This document shows, piece after piece, positions 39,079 to 47,824 of a stretch of 64,000 bases of DNA; within the stretch, counting starts at the first letter, position 1, and the number at the start of each line of letters is the position of its first letter. The position numbers were made by a program, and so were the translations under genes. Where the stretch lies: contig JAAFIA010000004.1 in the NCBI GenBank assembly GCA_013298545.1, positions 26,832 to 90,831 on the forward strand. Reading direction: 5' to 3'. Below the pieces are notes generated by a model, which was not told where the DNA came from, made no database searches, and saw only the letters and a program-made list of their open reading frames with translations. The DNA comes from Bacteroidota bacterium. GTDB taxonomy: Bacteria; Bacteroidota; Bacteroidia; Palsa-965.

Positions 39079-39098
39079 CCACTAATTTCCGCAGCCGC

Positions 39099-40229
39099 AT
39101 GCAAACCCCCATCTGCACGGCTTACGGTCAGATTAAACAAGTGCTTTTACTTTATCGGTGTCCAACCTGCGATGATCCATCGCAGGTTGGTGCCGTATTT
39201 AAAAGTCTGATAGACGCACTCGGACCGCAAGTAGAATTTTTTATTCTGATCCAACTCAATAACGGATCAGAGGTGTTTACTATTCCCTCTTCCCAGCCCA
39301 ATGTGCATTTAATTGCCGTTAACCCCGCTGTTGTTCGAATCGAAAATTTTTTGACCCAATGGACGCAAGATGTTGTATTGCCATTTTACGACAACGGAAT
39401 CACACATTTACTTTTTGATGATAGCCGAATAGATTCTCAGGTTATACAATGCTTAAATACAAAAACAGAAAAATTTCAGTTTAAAGCACACCATCAACCC
39501 ACCTGGCAAGGCGGGAATATTTTACCTGTTTCGGGAAAAGAACCTTTTCTACTTGTCGGAGCATCCATTTTGCAAGAATATGTAAGCGGTTTGCCCGCCA
39601 AGCAAAAACAAGAAGCACAACAAAAACTGGAGAAAAATTTTGCAGCAGTTTTTGGTGGAGCAAAAATATACTGGCTCGGTAAACAGAAGACACAAGGACA
39701 AGTAAATGGCGGCCAACCACTCTTTCATCTCGATCTATATCTCATGCCCGTTGGCATCGTCCCTGCTTTGAACAAAGAGCGCATACTCATTTTTGTTGCA
39801 GAAGTAAAACCAGACTATGCCATGGCAGGCTATACCCATGAACTCGCCGAATTGGCTCAAGCACTCGATAAAACAGCCAATTGGTTTGCAAACGACAAGC
39901 AACACCCCAAGCATCTTTTTGTCGTGAAACGCCTCCCCTTACTGGCTTTTGAAGACAAAGAACACATCGCGTCCTATACCAATTGTTTGGTTGAAAACAC
40001 CACAGAGGCTTGTCGCATATTTTTACCCGATTACCGCCCGCAGCCCACAAACGGGAATGGTGTAAATCCTGAGCGACTAAAAAAAATTACAGCGATTCAG
40101 GAGATAATGACCACAGCGCTGCAAGAAATAGACATTCAACCCGTTTGGATTGATCAGAATTTTTACGAAATGACCCGAAAAGAAGGGGCCTTACATTGCC
40201 TAACAAAGGTGTTGAAACGCACCCTGTAA
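39099..40229 (+). CDS. agmatine deiminase / Porphyromonas-type peptidylarginine deiminase (PAD_porph, guanidino-modifying enzyme superfamily) family protein, divergent
   Basis: C-terminal EGALHCLTK matches the catalytic GG(N)IHC(I)T motif of PF04371. Upstream QWTQDVV resembles the SW.RD.GP motif. The His-containing FHLDLYLMPVG is consistent with this fold. Starts 20 bp after the Cys-rich gene. Confidence 0.55.
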   Translation: MQTPICTAYGQIKQVLLLYRCPTCDDPSQVGAVFKSLIDALGPQVEFFILIQLNNGSEVFTIPSSQPNVHLIAVNPAVVRIENFLTQWTQDVVLPFYDNGITHLLFDDSRIDSQVIQCLNTKTEKFQFKAHHQPTWQGGNILPVSGKEPFLLVGASILQEYVSGLPAKQKQEAQQKLEKNFAAVFGGAKIYWLGKQKTQGQVNGGQPLFHLDLYLMPVGIVPALNKERILIFVAEVKPDYAMAGYTHELAELAQALDKTANWFANDKQHPKHLFVVKRLPLLAFEDKEHIASYTNCLVENTTEACRIFLPDYRPQPTNGNGVNPERLKKITAIQEIMTTALQEIDIQPVWIDQNFYEMTRKEGALHCLTKVLKRTL

Positions 40230-40638
40230 AATCAATAAATTGCTGAAAAAGAAACAGTTGCATGAAATAATGCAAATTAGACTTGCAAAAGTGGTCATGA
40301 ACTTGGCTTGGGTATTAAACGACATTCAACATTCTTTGTACTGTTGAAAAACGAAAGCACAAAACAGCATTACCCAAACAAAATAAAATAAACCCATGAT
40401 CCCCCATTTTCTCTGTGTCGTTTTTACCTGTTATGCAATCGATAATGAATTGCAGTCTGTTGCTTCGGTGAAGAAAAAGCAGGAAACAGCACAATCCAAA
40501 ACAGCAGGAAAGGGTGGCTCTACAAAGAAAAACAGCAAAACCCCAAAAACAGACTAATTTGATCATTCTGAACTTTCCGCGTCTGTCGTTCGATCTGCGG
40601 AATGTGTTCTACGGGTAACGTTTCCGGTTCCTTCCTTC

Positions 40639-41490
40639 CTAACCCAGAACAACATTATCAATTAGTCGGATAACGCCGAGGCGAGCAGCAATGCACGCCA
40701 CGGCGTTTTTCTTTTGTCCTTCACGAAGCGGAAGCAACGTGTCGGCATCAACGAGTTCTAAATAAATCGGTTCTATACGCGGCTCTTTGGCCAAAAAATC
40801 CAGCGCGCGCCCCCGCACCTCCGCCGCACTCCATTCCCCCGCCCACAGCTCCTGCACCAACAACAAACTCGCATATAGCAACGGCGCAATCAAGCGCTCC
40901 TCCGCCGTCAACCGCACATTCCGCGAACTCATGGCCAAGCCATCAGCCTCCCGCACAATTGGGCAACCCACAACCTCAACGGGCAACGCCAGCTCCCGCG
41001 TCATGCGCCGCACAATCGCTAGTTGCTGAAAATCCTTCTGCCCAAAAAATGCACGGCAAGGACCAACCGCCTCAAAAAGTTTATGCACAATACGCACAAC
41101 CCCCGCAAAATGGCCCGGACGCGAAGCCCCTTCCATCGGCAAATCCAAGCCACCTAAATCAACAACAGGTGTTTGTTCAGCCGTCCCTTCTGGGTACATC
41201 TCATTGACCTCCGGAAAAAACAAAATATCGCAACCCGCCTCCAACAACAATGCCCGATCGGCATCAAACGTACGCGGATAATTTTTTAGATCGCTCGCAT
41301 CATTAAACTGTGTCGGATTCACAAAAATGCTTGCCACCACCAAATCAACCGATTCCCGCGCATAATGCACAAGCGAGGCATGACCACGATGCAATGCACC
41401 CATTGTTGGCGCAAATCCAACGCGAAGGCCCTGTTGACGAGCCTCATCGAGCTTTGCTCGCAAAGCAGAAATTGTTGTAACGACAATCAA
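40639..41490 (-). CDS. panC: pantoate--beta-alanine ligase
   Basis: PTMGALHRGHASLV (HIGH-class motif), FVNPTQFN, and overall PanC colinearity. The track start at 41640 overlaps the divergent gene at 41610; the likely start is a TTG/ATT near 41490 (...LIVVTTISALRAKL). Start uncertain. Confidence 0.85.
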   Translation of the reverse strand: MIVVTTISALRAKLDEARQQGLRVGFAPTMGALHRGHASLVHYARESVDLVVASIFVNPTQFNDASDLKNYPRTFDADRALLLEAGCDILFFPEVNEMYPEGTAEQTPVVDLGGLDLPMEGASRPGHFAGVVRIVHKLFEAVGPCRAFFGQKDFQQLAIVRRMTRELALPVEVVGCPIVREADGLAMSSRNVRLTAEERLIAPLLYASLLLVQELWAGEWSAAEVRGRALDFLAKEPRIEPIYLELVDADTLLPLREGQKKNAVACIAARLGVIRLIDNVVLG

Positions 41491-41609
41491 AACAAACGAT
41501 TTTAAAAAAGCGATAGCATAGAAGCCGCCAAAACTAAGTCTTTCCTTGATGGAATCGAAAAAAAATCGTAATTTTGCTATCCCACACACAAAACCACTAA
41601 TTCTCCTGA

Positions 41610-42437
41610 ATGAAAAAAGCCAAAGTTCTTTTCGTATCACAGGAAATCATGCCTTACCTGGATGAATCCCCAATGGCGCATACTAGCCGTTATTTACCAC
41701 AAGGGATTCAAGAAAAAGGCAAAGAAATCAGAACATTTATGCCACGTTACGGATGTGTCAACGAACGCCGTAATCAACTGCACGAAGTCATTCGCCTTTC
41801 TGGTATGAACCTGATTATTGATGATACCGATCATCCGCTCATCATCAAAGTTGCTTCTATTCAAGCAGCACGCATGCAAGTGTACTTCATCGACAACGAA
41901 GAGTACTTCCAACGCAAATTTACCTTAACCGACAAAAAAGGCGAATATTTTGCCGATAACGACGAACGCATGATTTTCTTTGCGCGCGGTGTCATCGAAA
42001 CGGTTAAAAAATTGGGCTGGGCTCCTGATGTGGTGCATTGCCACGGCTGGTTTACTGCACTCATGCCGCTCTATCTCAAAAAAGCATTCCGCGATAATCC
42101 GCTTTTTGCCGACACCCGCGTGGTGTATTCTGTTTACGACGACGATTTTCCAAATCCACTCGACAAAGATTTTCACAAGAAAATTCCAATCGAAGGCGTT
42201 GATAAAAGCGATGTTGAAGCAGTTGCAAAAACGGCAACCTTTGCCAATGTAACACGTCTTGCCATTGAATATTCAGACGCTGTCATCAAAGCAGCACCGA
42301 AAATCAATCCCGATGTCGAGAAATACCTCAAAAAAGCAGGCAAAAATGTGCTGGAATACAAAAATCGTGACGAATATGTCGCCGCTTATTCCGAATTTTA
42401 CGACGCAGTTTTGGCCGAAGAGCCAAGCCTCGTTTAA
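41610..42437 (+). CDS. glycogen/starch synthase N-terminal-domain-only protein (GT5-like, 275 aa)
   Basis: MKKAKVLFVSQEIMPY...PDVVHCHGWFTALMPLYLK resembles the GlgA N-terminal catalytic domain (Glyco_transf_5). The C-terminal GT-B half is absent, as seen in some Bacteroidota. Confidence 0.65.
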   Translation: MKKAKVLFVSQEIMPYLDESPMAHTSRYLPQGIQEKGKEIRTFMPRYGCVNERRNQLHEVIRLSGMNLIIDDTDHPLIIKVASIQAARMQVYFIDNEEYFQRKFTLTDKKGEYFADNDERMIFFARGVIETVKKLGWAPDVVHCHGWFTALMPLYLKKAFRDNPLFADTRVVYSVYDDDFPNPLDKDFHKKIPIEGVDKSDVEAVAKTATFANVTRLAIEYSDAVIKAAPKINPDVEKYLKKAGKNVLEYKNRDEYVAAYSEFYDAVLAEEPSLV

Positions 42438-42444
42438 AACAACT

Positions 42445-43791
42445 ATGAATACTCTCTTTTCACGAATTACCAGTCAAACTTTGCGGGTGCTCGCGCCCGC
42501 AAAGTTTTTTTTAGCCGCTACTCTGCTACTCGCCTCTTGCAAAAAAGAAAGCGACATCGGGATCGATATTCAACCAGAAAGCGATCTCCTCGACCTTCAG
42601 ATTTCTGACACCACAACGCTCGTTACCTATACCGTGCGCGAAGATTCTGTTCGTACCGACGAAACAACAGTAAGCCTGCTCGGAAGTTATGTCGATCCGA
42701 TTTTTGGAAAATCATCTGCCGGAATTTTTACACAATTCATGCTTCCAAACAACCTGCAAAACATCGACTTCGGTGCTACCGCGGTTTTGGATTCTATGGT
42801 GCTCACCCTCGCCTATAAATTCGATTATTACGGCGATACAACTTCGACACAAAATATCGTGGTGTATCAAATGACCGAAGCACTCGTCAAAGACAGCAAT
42901 TACTTCTCAAACCATTTGCAGCAGTATTACCCAACGCCAATTGGTCAAGTAAACGTTACGCCTAAACCGCGCACCAAAGTTGCTGTTGGTTCAGATACCT
43001 TGCCCGCACACATTCGCATCCCAATCGATCCGTCGTTTGCGAACCTTTTATTCAGCCAATCGGGTACAGCAAACTTTGCAAACAACACCAACCTGCTTCA
43101 GTTTTTTAAAGGTCTTTACATCACACCAAACAACCCATCGCAAGCAACGGGTCAAGGATCTGTTTTTCAAATAGGCATGCGCGAAACGCAAACGGCGCTC
43201 ACCATGTACTACCACACCGCAACAGACACCACAAAATTTTCATTGGTTGTTCCTGCCGAAGGCGCATATTACGATTATTACACACACGATTATACAGGAA
43301 CTCCTGTTCAAACACAGCTCAATGCGCAACCCGGACAACAAGCCGAAGTCTATCTGCAAAGCATGGGCGGTGTAAAAACCAAAATCGAATTTCCATTTCT
43401 CGACAATTGGAAAAATTTGGGCTACAACATTGCCATCAATCAAGCCGAACTTGTGATCAAAGCAGATCCCAGCCAAGCTACGAGCGATAGACCAATCAAT
43501 ACCCGTTTATTTTTAGTCGCGATCGACTCGCTTGGTCGATCTAAATTATTGATTGATATGACGGAAACGCTCTCTTATTATGGCGGAACAGTCAATACAA
43601 CCAATAGCGAATACCGAATCAATCTTGCTCGTCATTTTCAGGACATGCTTTCTGGCGAGGAAGGCAATTACGGTTTTTACCTCAAAGAAATTTCTCCCAC
43701 CGAAACCGCTCGTCGCGCAGTTATTGGTGGCGGAGATCCAAGCAGCCCATACAAAATGTACCTGCATCTCGTTTACACCCGAATCAACTGA
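42445..43791 (+). CDS. DUF4270-like lipoprotein (448 aa)
   Basis: MNTLFSRITSQTLRVLAPAKFFLAATLLLASC lipoprotein signal at 42445; the track start at 42259 overlaps the upstream gene. Fits the Bacteroidota DUF4270 architecture. The family assignment is from recall and not verified. Confidence 0.65.
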   Translation: MNTLFSRITSQTLRVLAPAKFFLAATLLLASCKKESDIGIDIQPESDLLDLQISDTTTLVTYTVREDSVRTDETTVSLLGSYVDPIFGKSSAGIFTQFMLPNNLQNIDFGATAVLDSMVLTLAYKFDYYGDTTSTQNIVVYQMTEALVKDSNYFSNHLQQYYPTPIGQVNVTPKPRTKVAVGSDTLPAHIRIPIDPSFANLLFSQSGTANFANNTNLLQFFKGLYITPNNPSQATGQGSVFQIGMRETQTALTMYYHTATDTTKFSLVVPAEGAYYDYYTHDYTGTPVQTQLNAQPGQQAEVYLQSMGGVKTKIEFPFLDNWKNLGYNIAINQAELVIKADPSQATSDRPINTRLFLVAIDSLGRSKLLIDMTETLSYYGGTVNTTNSEYRINLARHFQDMLSGEEGNYGFYLKEISPTETARRAVIGGGDPSSPYKMYLHLVYTRIN

Positions 43792-43807
43792 TTAAAAGCG
43801 AAAAATT

Positions 43808-45646
43808 ATGTGCGGAATTGTTGCTTACATCGGAAAAAAACAAGCATGGCCAATTCTCATTAAAGGATTGCGCCGACTCGAATACCGCGGATATGACAGC
43901 GCTGGTATTGCCCTTCATCACAACGAACTAAATGTCTATAAATGCAAAGGCAAAGTTTCGGATCTCGAAAATTTTGCCGCAGGAAAAGACATTGACGGAA
44001 CAATCGGAATGGGGCACACCCGTTGGGCTACACACGGTGTTCCAAATGACATCAACGCCCACCCACATTATTCCGGTTCAAAAGAAATGGTGCTTATTCA
44101 CAACGGCATCATCGAAAACTATGCGCCACTCAAAGCCGAGATGAAAAATCGAGGCCATAAATTTGAAAGCGATACCGATACCGAAGTGCTCGTGCACCTC
44201 ATCGAAGATATTCAACAACGCGAAAATGTTTCGCTCGAAGAAGCCGTTCGTTTAGCACTCAATAACGTCGTTGGCGCTTATGCCATTGTGGTCATGCACA
44301 AAAACGACCCCGATACACTCATTGCCGCAAGAAAAAGTTCACCTTTAGTAATCGGAATTGCTGACGATGAATTTTTTGTAGCCTCCGATGCAACACCCAT
44401 TATCGAATACACTAAAAATGTAGTCTATCTCGACGACGAAGAAATTGCAATCATGCGTCGTGGCGAAAAATTGCGCATACACACCATCCGCAACCAAGAA
44501 ATTACACCCTACGTTCAGGAATTGCAATTGCAACTCGAAGCCATTGAAAAAGGCGGCTACGATCATTTCATGCTCAAAGAAATTTGGGAGCAACCGCGTT
44601 CCATCAAAGATAGCATGCGTGGTCGTGTCAATGCTGCGCAAGGCATTGTGGCGGTGGGTGGTATCAATGACTACATGCAAAAATTTATCAATGCCAACCG
44701 CATTCTTATTGTCGGCTGCGGAACATCGTGGCATGCCGGATTGGTGGGCGAGTATTTACTCGAAGACTTGGCGCGCATTCCCGTTGAAGTAGAATACGCA
44801 TCCGAATTCCGTTACCGCAACCCCGTCATCAACGAAAGCGATGTTGTCATTGCCATTTCGCAATCTGGCGAAACCGCCGATACCCTTGCCGCTATTGAAC
44901 TTGCTAAATCAAAAGGCGCAACTATTTTTGGGGTTTGTAACGTCGTTGGTTCTTCCATCGCACGTGCCACACACGCCGGTTCATATACACACGCCGGTCC
45001 AGAAATTGGAGTCGCATCAACCAAAGCATTTACTTCGCAAGTAACTGTTCTCACCTTGATGGCGCTTATGCTTGGCAACCGCCGCGGAACAATTTCGGAA
45101 CACCACTACCGCGAATTGCTCACCGAACTCGAAGGCATTCCGGCAAAAGTAGAACGCGTTCTCAAACTCAACGATCAAATTAAATACATCGCGTCCTTGT
45201 ACAAAGACGCGCGCAATTGCCTTTACCTCGGACGCAGCTACACCTTCCCCGTAGCACTCGAAGGCGCACTCAAACTCAAAGAAATTTCTTACATACACGC
45301 CGAAGGCTATCCTGCCGCCGAAATGAAACACGGACCCATTGCGCTCATCGACGATGAAATGCCCGTGATCGTTATCGCAACAAAAGGCGCTTCGTACGAA
45401 AAAGTCGTCAGCAATATTCAAGAAGTCAAAGCACGCAACGGAAAAATTATTGCCGTTGTCAGCGAAGGCGATACCGTTGTTAAAGAAATGGCCGACCACG
45501 TGATCGAAATTCCAGAAACCGACGAAAAACTCGTGCCACTACTCAGCGTTATTCCACTGCAATTGCTCGCGTATCACATAGCCGTCATGCGCGGATGCAA
45601 TGTCGATCAGCCCCGCAACCTCGCCAAATCAGTAACGGTAGAATAA
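43808..45646 (+). CDS. glmS: glutamine--fructose-6-phosphate aminotransferase (isomerising)
   Basis: MCGIVAYIG N-terminal nucleophile Cys. Two SIS domains. C-terminal ...NLAKSVTVE. Confidence 0.95.
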   Translation: MCGIVAYIGKKQAWPILIKGLRRLEYRGYDSAGIALHHNELNVYKCKGKVSDLENFAAGKDIDGTIGMGHTRWATHGVPNDINAHPHYSGSKEMVLIHNGIIENYAPLKAEMKNRGHKFESDTDTEVLVHLIEDIQQRENVSLEEAVRLALNNVVGAYAIVVMHKNDPDTLIAARKSSPLVIGIADDEFFVASDATPIIEYTKNVVYLDDEEIAIMRRGEKLRIHTIRNQEITPYVQELQLQLEAIEKGGYDHFMLKEIWEQPRSIKDSMRGRVNAAQGIVAVGGINDYMQKFINANRILIVGCGTSWHAGLVGEYLLEDLARIPVEVEYASEFRYRNPVINESDVVIAISQSGETADTLAAIELAKSKGATIFGVCNVVGSSIARATHAGSYTHAGPEIGVASTKAFTSQVTVLTLMALMLGNRRGTISEHHYRELLTELEGIPAKVERVLKLNDQIKYIASLYKDARNCLYLGRSYTFPVALEGALKLKEISYIHAEGYPAAEMKHGPIALIDDEMPVIVIATKGASYEKVVSNIQEVKARNGKIIAVVSEGDTVVKEMADHVIEIPETDEKLVPLLSVIPLQLLAYHIAVMRGCNVDQPRNLAKSVTVE

Positions 45647-45667
45647 TTGCCGCTCAAAAAAAGAAAA

Positions 45668-45700
45668 ACCAACTGCCTATACACAGTTGGTTTTTTTATG
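45668..45700. terminator. bidirectional intrinsic terminator
   Basis: aaaaa-ccaactg-cctatacac-agttgg-ttttttt, between glmS and the convergent lipoprotein gene. Confidence 0.75.
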
Positions 45701-45727
45701 CTTCGTATTTTGATACGACTAAAAAAA

Positions 45728-46120
45728 TCATTGCACCGTTACCCGAATTTCCAATTTTGAAATGCGTCCATCGCTATCCGTCATGTTAAAAATCCACCGC
45801 TCATTTCCTGTCTGCGCCCGTGTTGTAATGGTAATGTTTTGTTCAAAATGCTCGCGCTCATCAGGCCCTGCATAATAACGGCGGTGCAAGGTTCCGGTAT
45901 TTGCATTGTCATAAGCATATTCCGTATAAAGCATGCTCAAATCATCAGACGTTTTGTCGCAGATTAAACCAACAGCAAAAGAAGATCCTGGAGCAACTAC
46001 GATATTGCCCGTTACAAATCCGCTAGCTGTATTGAATGCAATGCGCGGACCCGCTTTTTCTTTGTTGCAAGAAAAAAGCAATACACAACTAGCAAGTAAA
46101 AAAGCAAACAATATTCTCAT
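45728..46120 (-). CDS. hypothetical lipoprotein (130 aa)
   Basis: MRILFAFLLASCVLLFSC signal plus lipobox. Overlaps the upstream acyltransferase stop by 4 bp. Confidence 0.55.
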   Translation of the reverse strand: MRILFAFLLASCVLLFSCNKEKAGPRIAFNTASGFVTGNIVVAPGSSFAVGLICDKTSDDLSMLYTEYAYDNANTGTLHRRYYAGPDEREHFEQNITITTRAQTGNERWIFNMTDSDGRISKLEIRVTVQ

Positions 46121-46965
46121 GGCTTATCGGGTTGTTCGTAAACCGCTTCTGCAATTTCTGCTTCAACGGCATGTTTTTTAGGCCAATGAAATTCGGGCGA
46201 CTGCTCAATGGCCGACATGAGCTGCCGCAATAACTCATCGCTATTCCAATTCGGATCAATGGTTAATGGCGCTTTAAAACGTACGCGCATCGTTACACCT
46301 TTCTTTTTCAAACGAATCCCTTTTTTATCAAATGCCCGCCGAAAACCATCAATCACCACGGGTACAACAACAGGATTGTATTTTTTAATCAGCATACTCA
46401 CGCCACGCCGTCCCTGCGCATAAACCTTCGTTGTTCCTTGCGGAAAATTAATCACCCAACCGTTTTCCAAGGCCGTTCCGATATTGGAAATATCATCCAT
46501 GCGCACCTTGCGTTTGACATCCTGTGAACCTTCGCGCCAAGTACGTTGAATAGAAATCGATCCCGCATACGCCAACACGCGTGGCAACCAACCCTTTTTC
46601 ATCGTTTCCTCTGCCGCTACAAAATACGTGTCGATTTTTGGACGAAACAAATAACGCGGTCGCGCAATCGAATTACGATCGCCATTTTTTACGGCACAAA
46701 AAACATGCAACATCGCAATCACATCCGCAAAATAGGTTTGATGATTCGATACAAACAACACATTCGTTTGCGGAAGCAATTCGAGGTGTTCCGTTCCTTC
46801 TATTTTTAGTGTATTTAGTTTCGCATAACGCCGCCACGTTAGCCAGCCCACGGTAAATACCAACAGCCGCTTCAAAAACAAATTATAGCCAAACGGGTCG
46901 CGCTTAAACATCCGGCACAAGATAATACCAATTTGATTTAAAACATAGTTCAAATTCATCTTCAT
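46117..46965 (-). CDS. lysophospholipid/1-acyl-glycerol-3-phosphate acyltransferase family protein
   Basis: NHQTYFAD (HX4D acyltransferase motif block I) and PEGT-like downstream blocks. N-terminal TM. Confidence 0.7.
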   Translation of the reverse strand: MKMNLNYVLNQIGIILCRMFKRDPFGYNLFLKRLLVFTVGWLTWRRYAKLNTLKIEGTEHLELLPQTNVLFVSNHQTYFADVIAMLHVFCAVKNGDRNSIARPRYLFRPKIDTYFVAAEETMKKGWLPRVLAYAGSISIQRTWREGSQDVKRKVRMDDISNIGTALENGWVINFPQGTTKVYAQGRRGVSMLIKKYNPVVVPVVIDGFRRAFDKKGIRLKKKGVTMRVRFKAPLTIDPNWNSDELLRQLMSAIEQSPEFHWPKKHAVEAEIAEAVYEQPDKP

Positions 46966-47122
46966 CGCTGTAAGCCTCCTTTTGAAATGTTTTTTCGGGA
47001 CAAAAATCCATCATAACAATTCCGAGACTTCGGAACGAAGGATGAAATTGAAACAGCTTCTAAACACACATAGACTTATTTCAAGCCGTAAAAACGTATC
47101 GATATTCCTTACCTTTGAACCT

Positions 47123-47806
47123 ATGGTGTTTCGTAAATTTTCTTCGCTCGCTGTTTTTGCGCTTGCTCTGATCTGCTTTGCGCTAACAGGTTGTTTTGAA
47201 ATTGTGGAAGACATAACAGTACATGCCGATGGTACGGGAACATTTTCTTATACCGTAAACATGAGTCAAAGCAAAGCCCAACTCGATGGCATCATGAAAC
47301 TCGATAGTACAGAAGGCTATCGCGTACCCAGAAAATCGAGCATTATGGCCGACATCGAAACCGCCAAAAAAACCCTCAATAACCTCAACGGCATTTCCGC
47401 TGTTTCGTCAACGGCAGACTGGGTGAATTATATCTTCAACATCAAATTTAATTTCAATTCTGTCCAAACGCTCAACACCAGCCTCGAAGCACTTTCCGAA
47501 CAATTCACCTCCGATCACAAACGCATTCCCGAAGCCTCCAACAATTTTTTCTGGACAGGGAAAGGCTTTGAACGAAAAAGCCATTACGATGCCAAAACCA
47601 TGGCACCAAAACTCGGGCAAAAAGACAAAGACATTCTTCGAAAAGCCACCTACACCTGTATTTACCGCTTCGATACCGATGTGCAGTCGTGCTCCAATGC
47701 CGATGCCCAAATTTCTAAAAACGGAAAATCAGTGATGCTGCGCTTGAATATGCTTCAACTCGCGCAAGGCGAAAAATCAATGATCAATGCGATTAAACTC
47801 CGGTAA
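47123..47806 (+). CDS. hypothetical lipoprotein
   Basis: MVFRKFSSLAVFALALICFALTGC signal plus lipobox at 47123; the track start at 46982 is over-extended. Confidence 0.55.
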   Translation: MVFRKFSSLAVFALALICFALTGCFEIVEDITVHADGTGTFSYTVNMSQSKAQLDGIMKLDSTEGYRVPRKSSIMADIETAKKTLNNLNGISAVSSTADWVNYIFNIKFNFNSVQTLNTSLEALSEQFTSDHKRIPEASNNFFWTGKGFERKSHYDAKTMAPKLGQKDKDILRKATYTCIYRFDTDVQSCSNADAQISKNGKSVMLRLNMLQLAQGEKSMINAIKLR

Positions 47807-47824
47807 TTCGGAATACTACTTGAT

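Noticed and set aside
40315-40566. 83-aa minus-strand ORF MIKLVCFWGFAVFLC... in the panC-deiminase gap
   Set aside because: Cys/Phe/Leu-rich low-complexity translation of an AT-rich spacer. No start context and no conservation signal. The plus-strand 53-codon ORF is listed as a low-interest finding instead.
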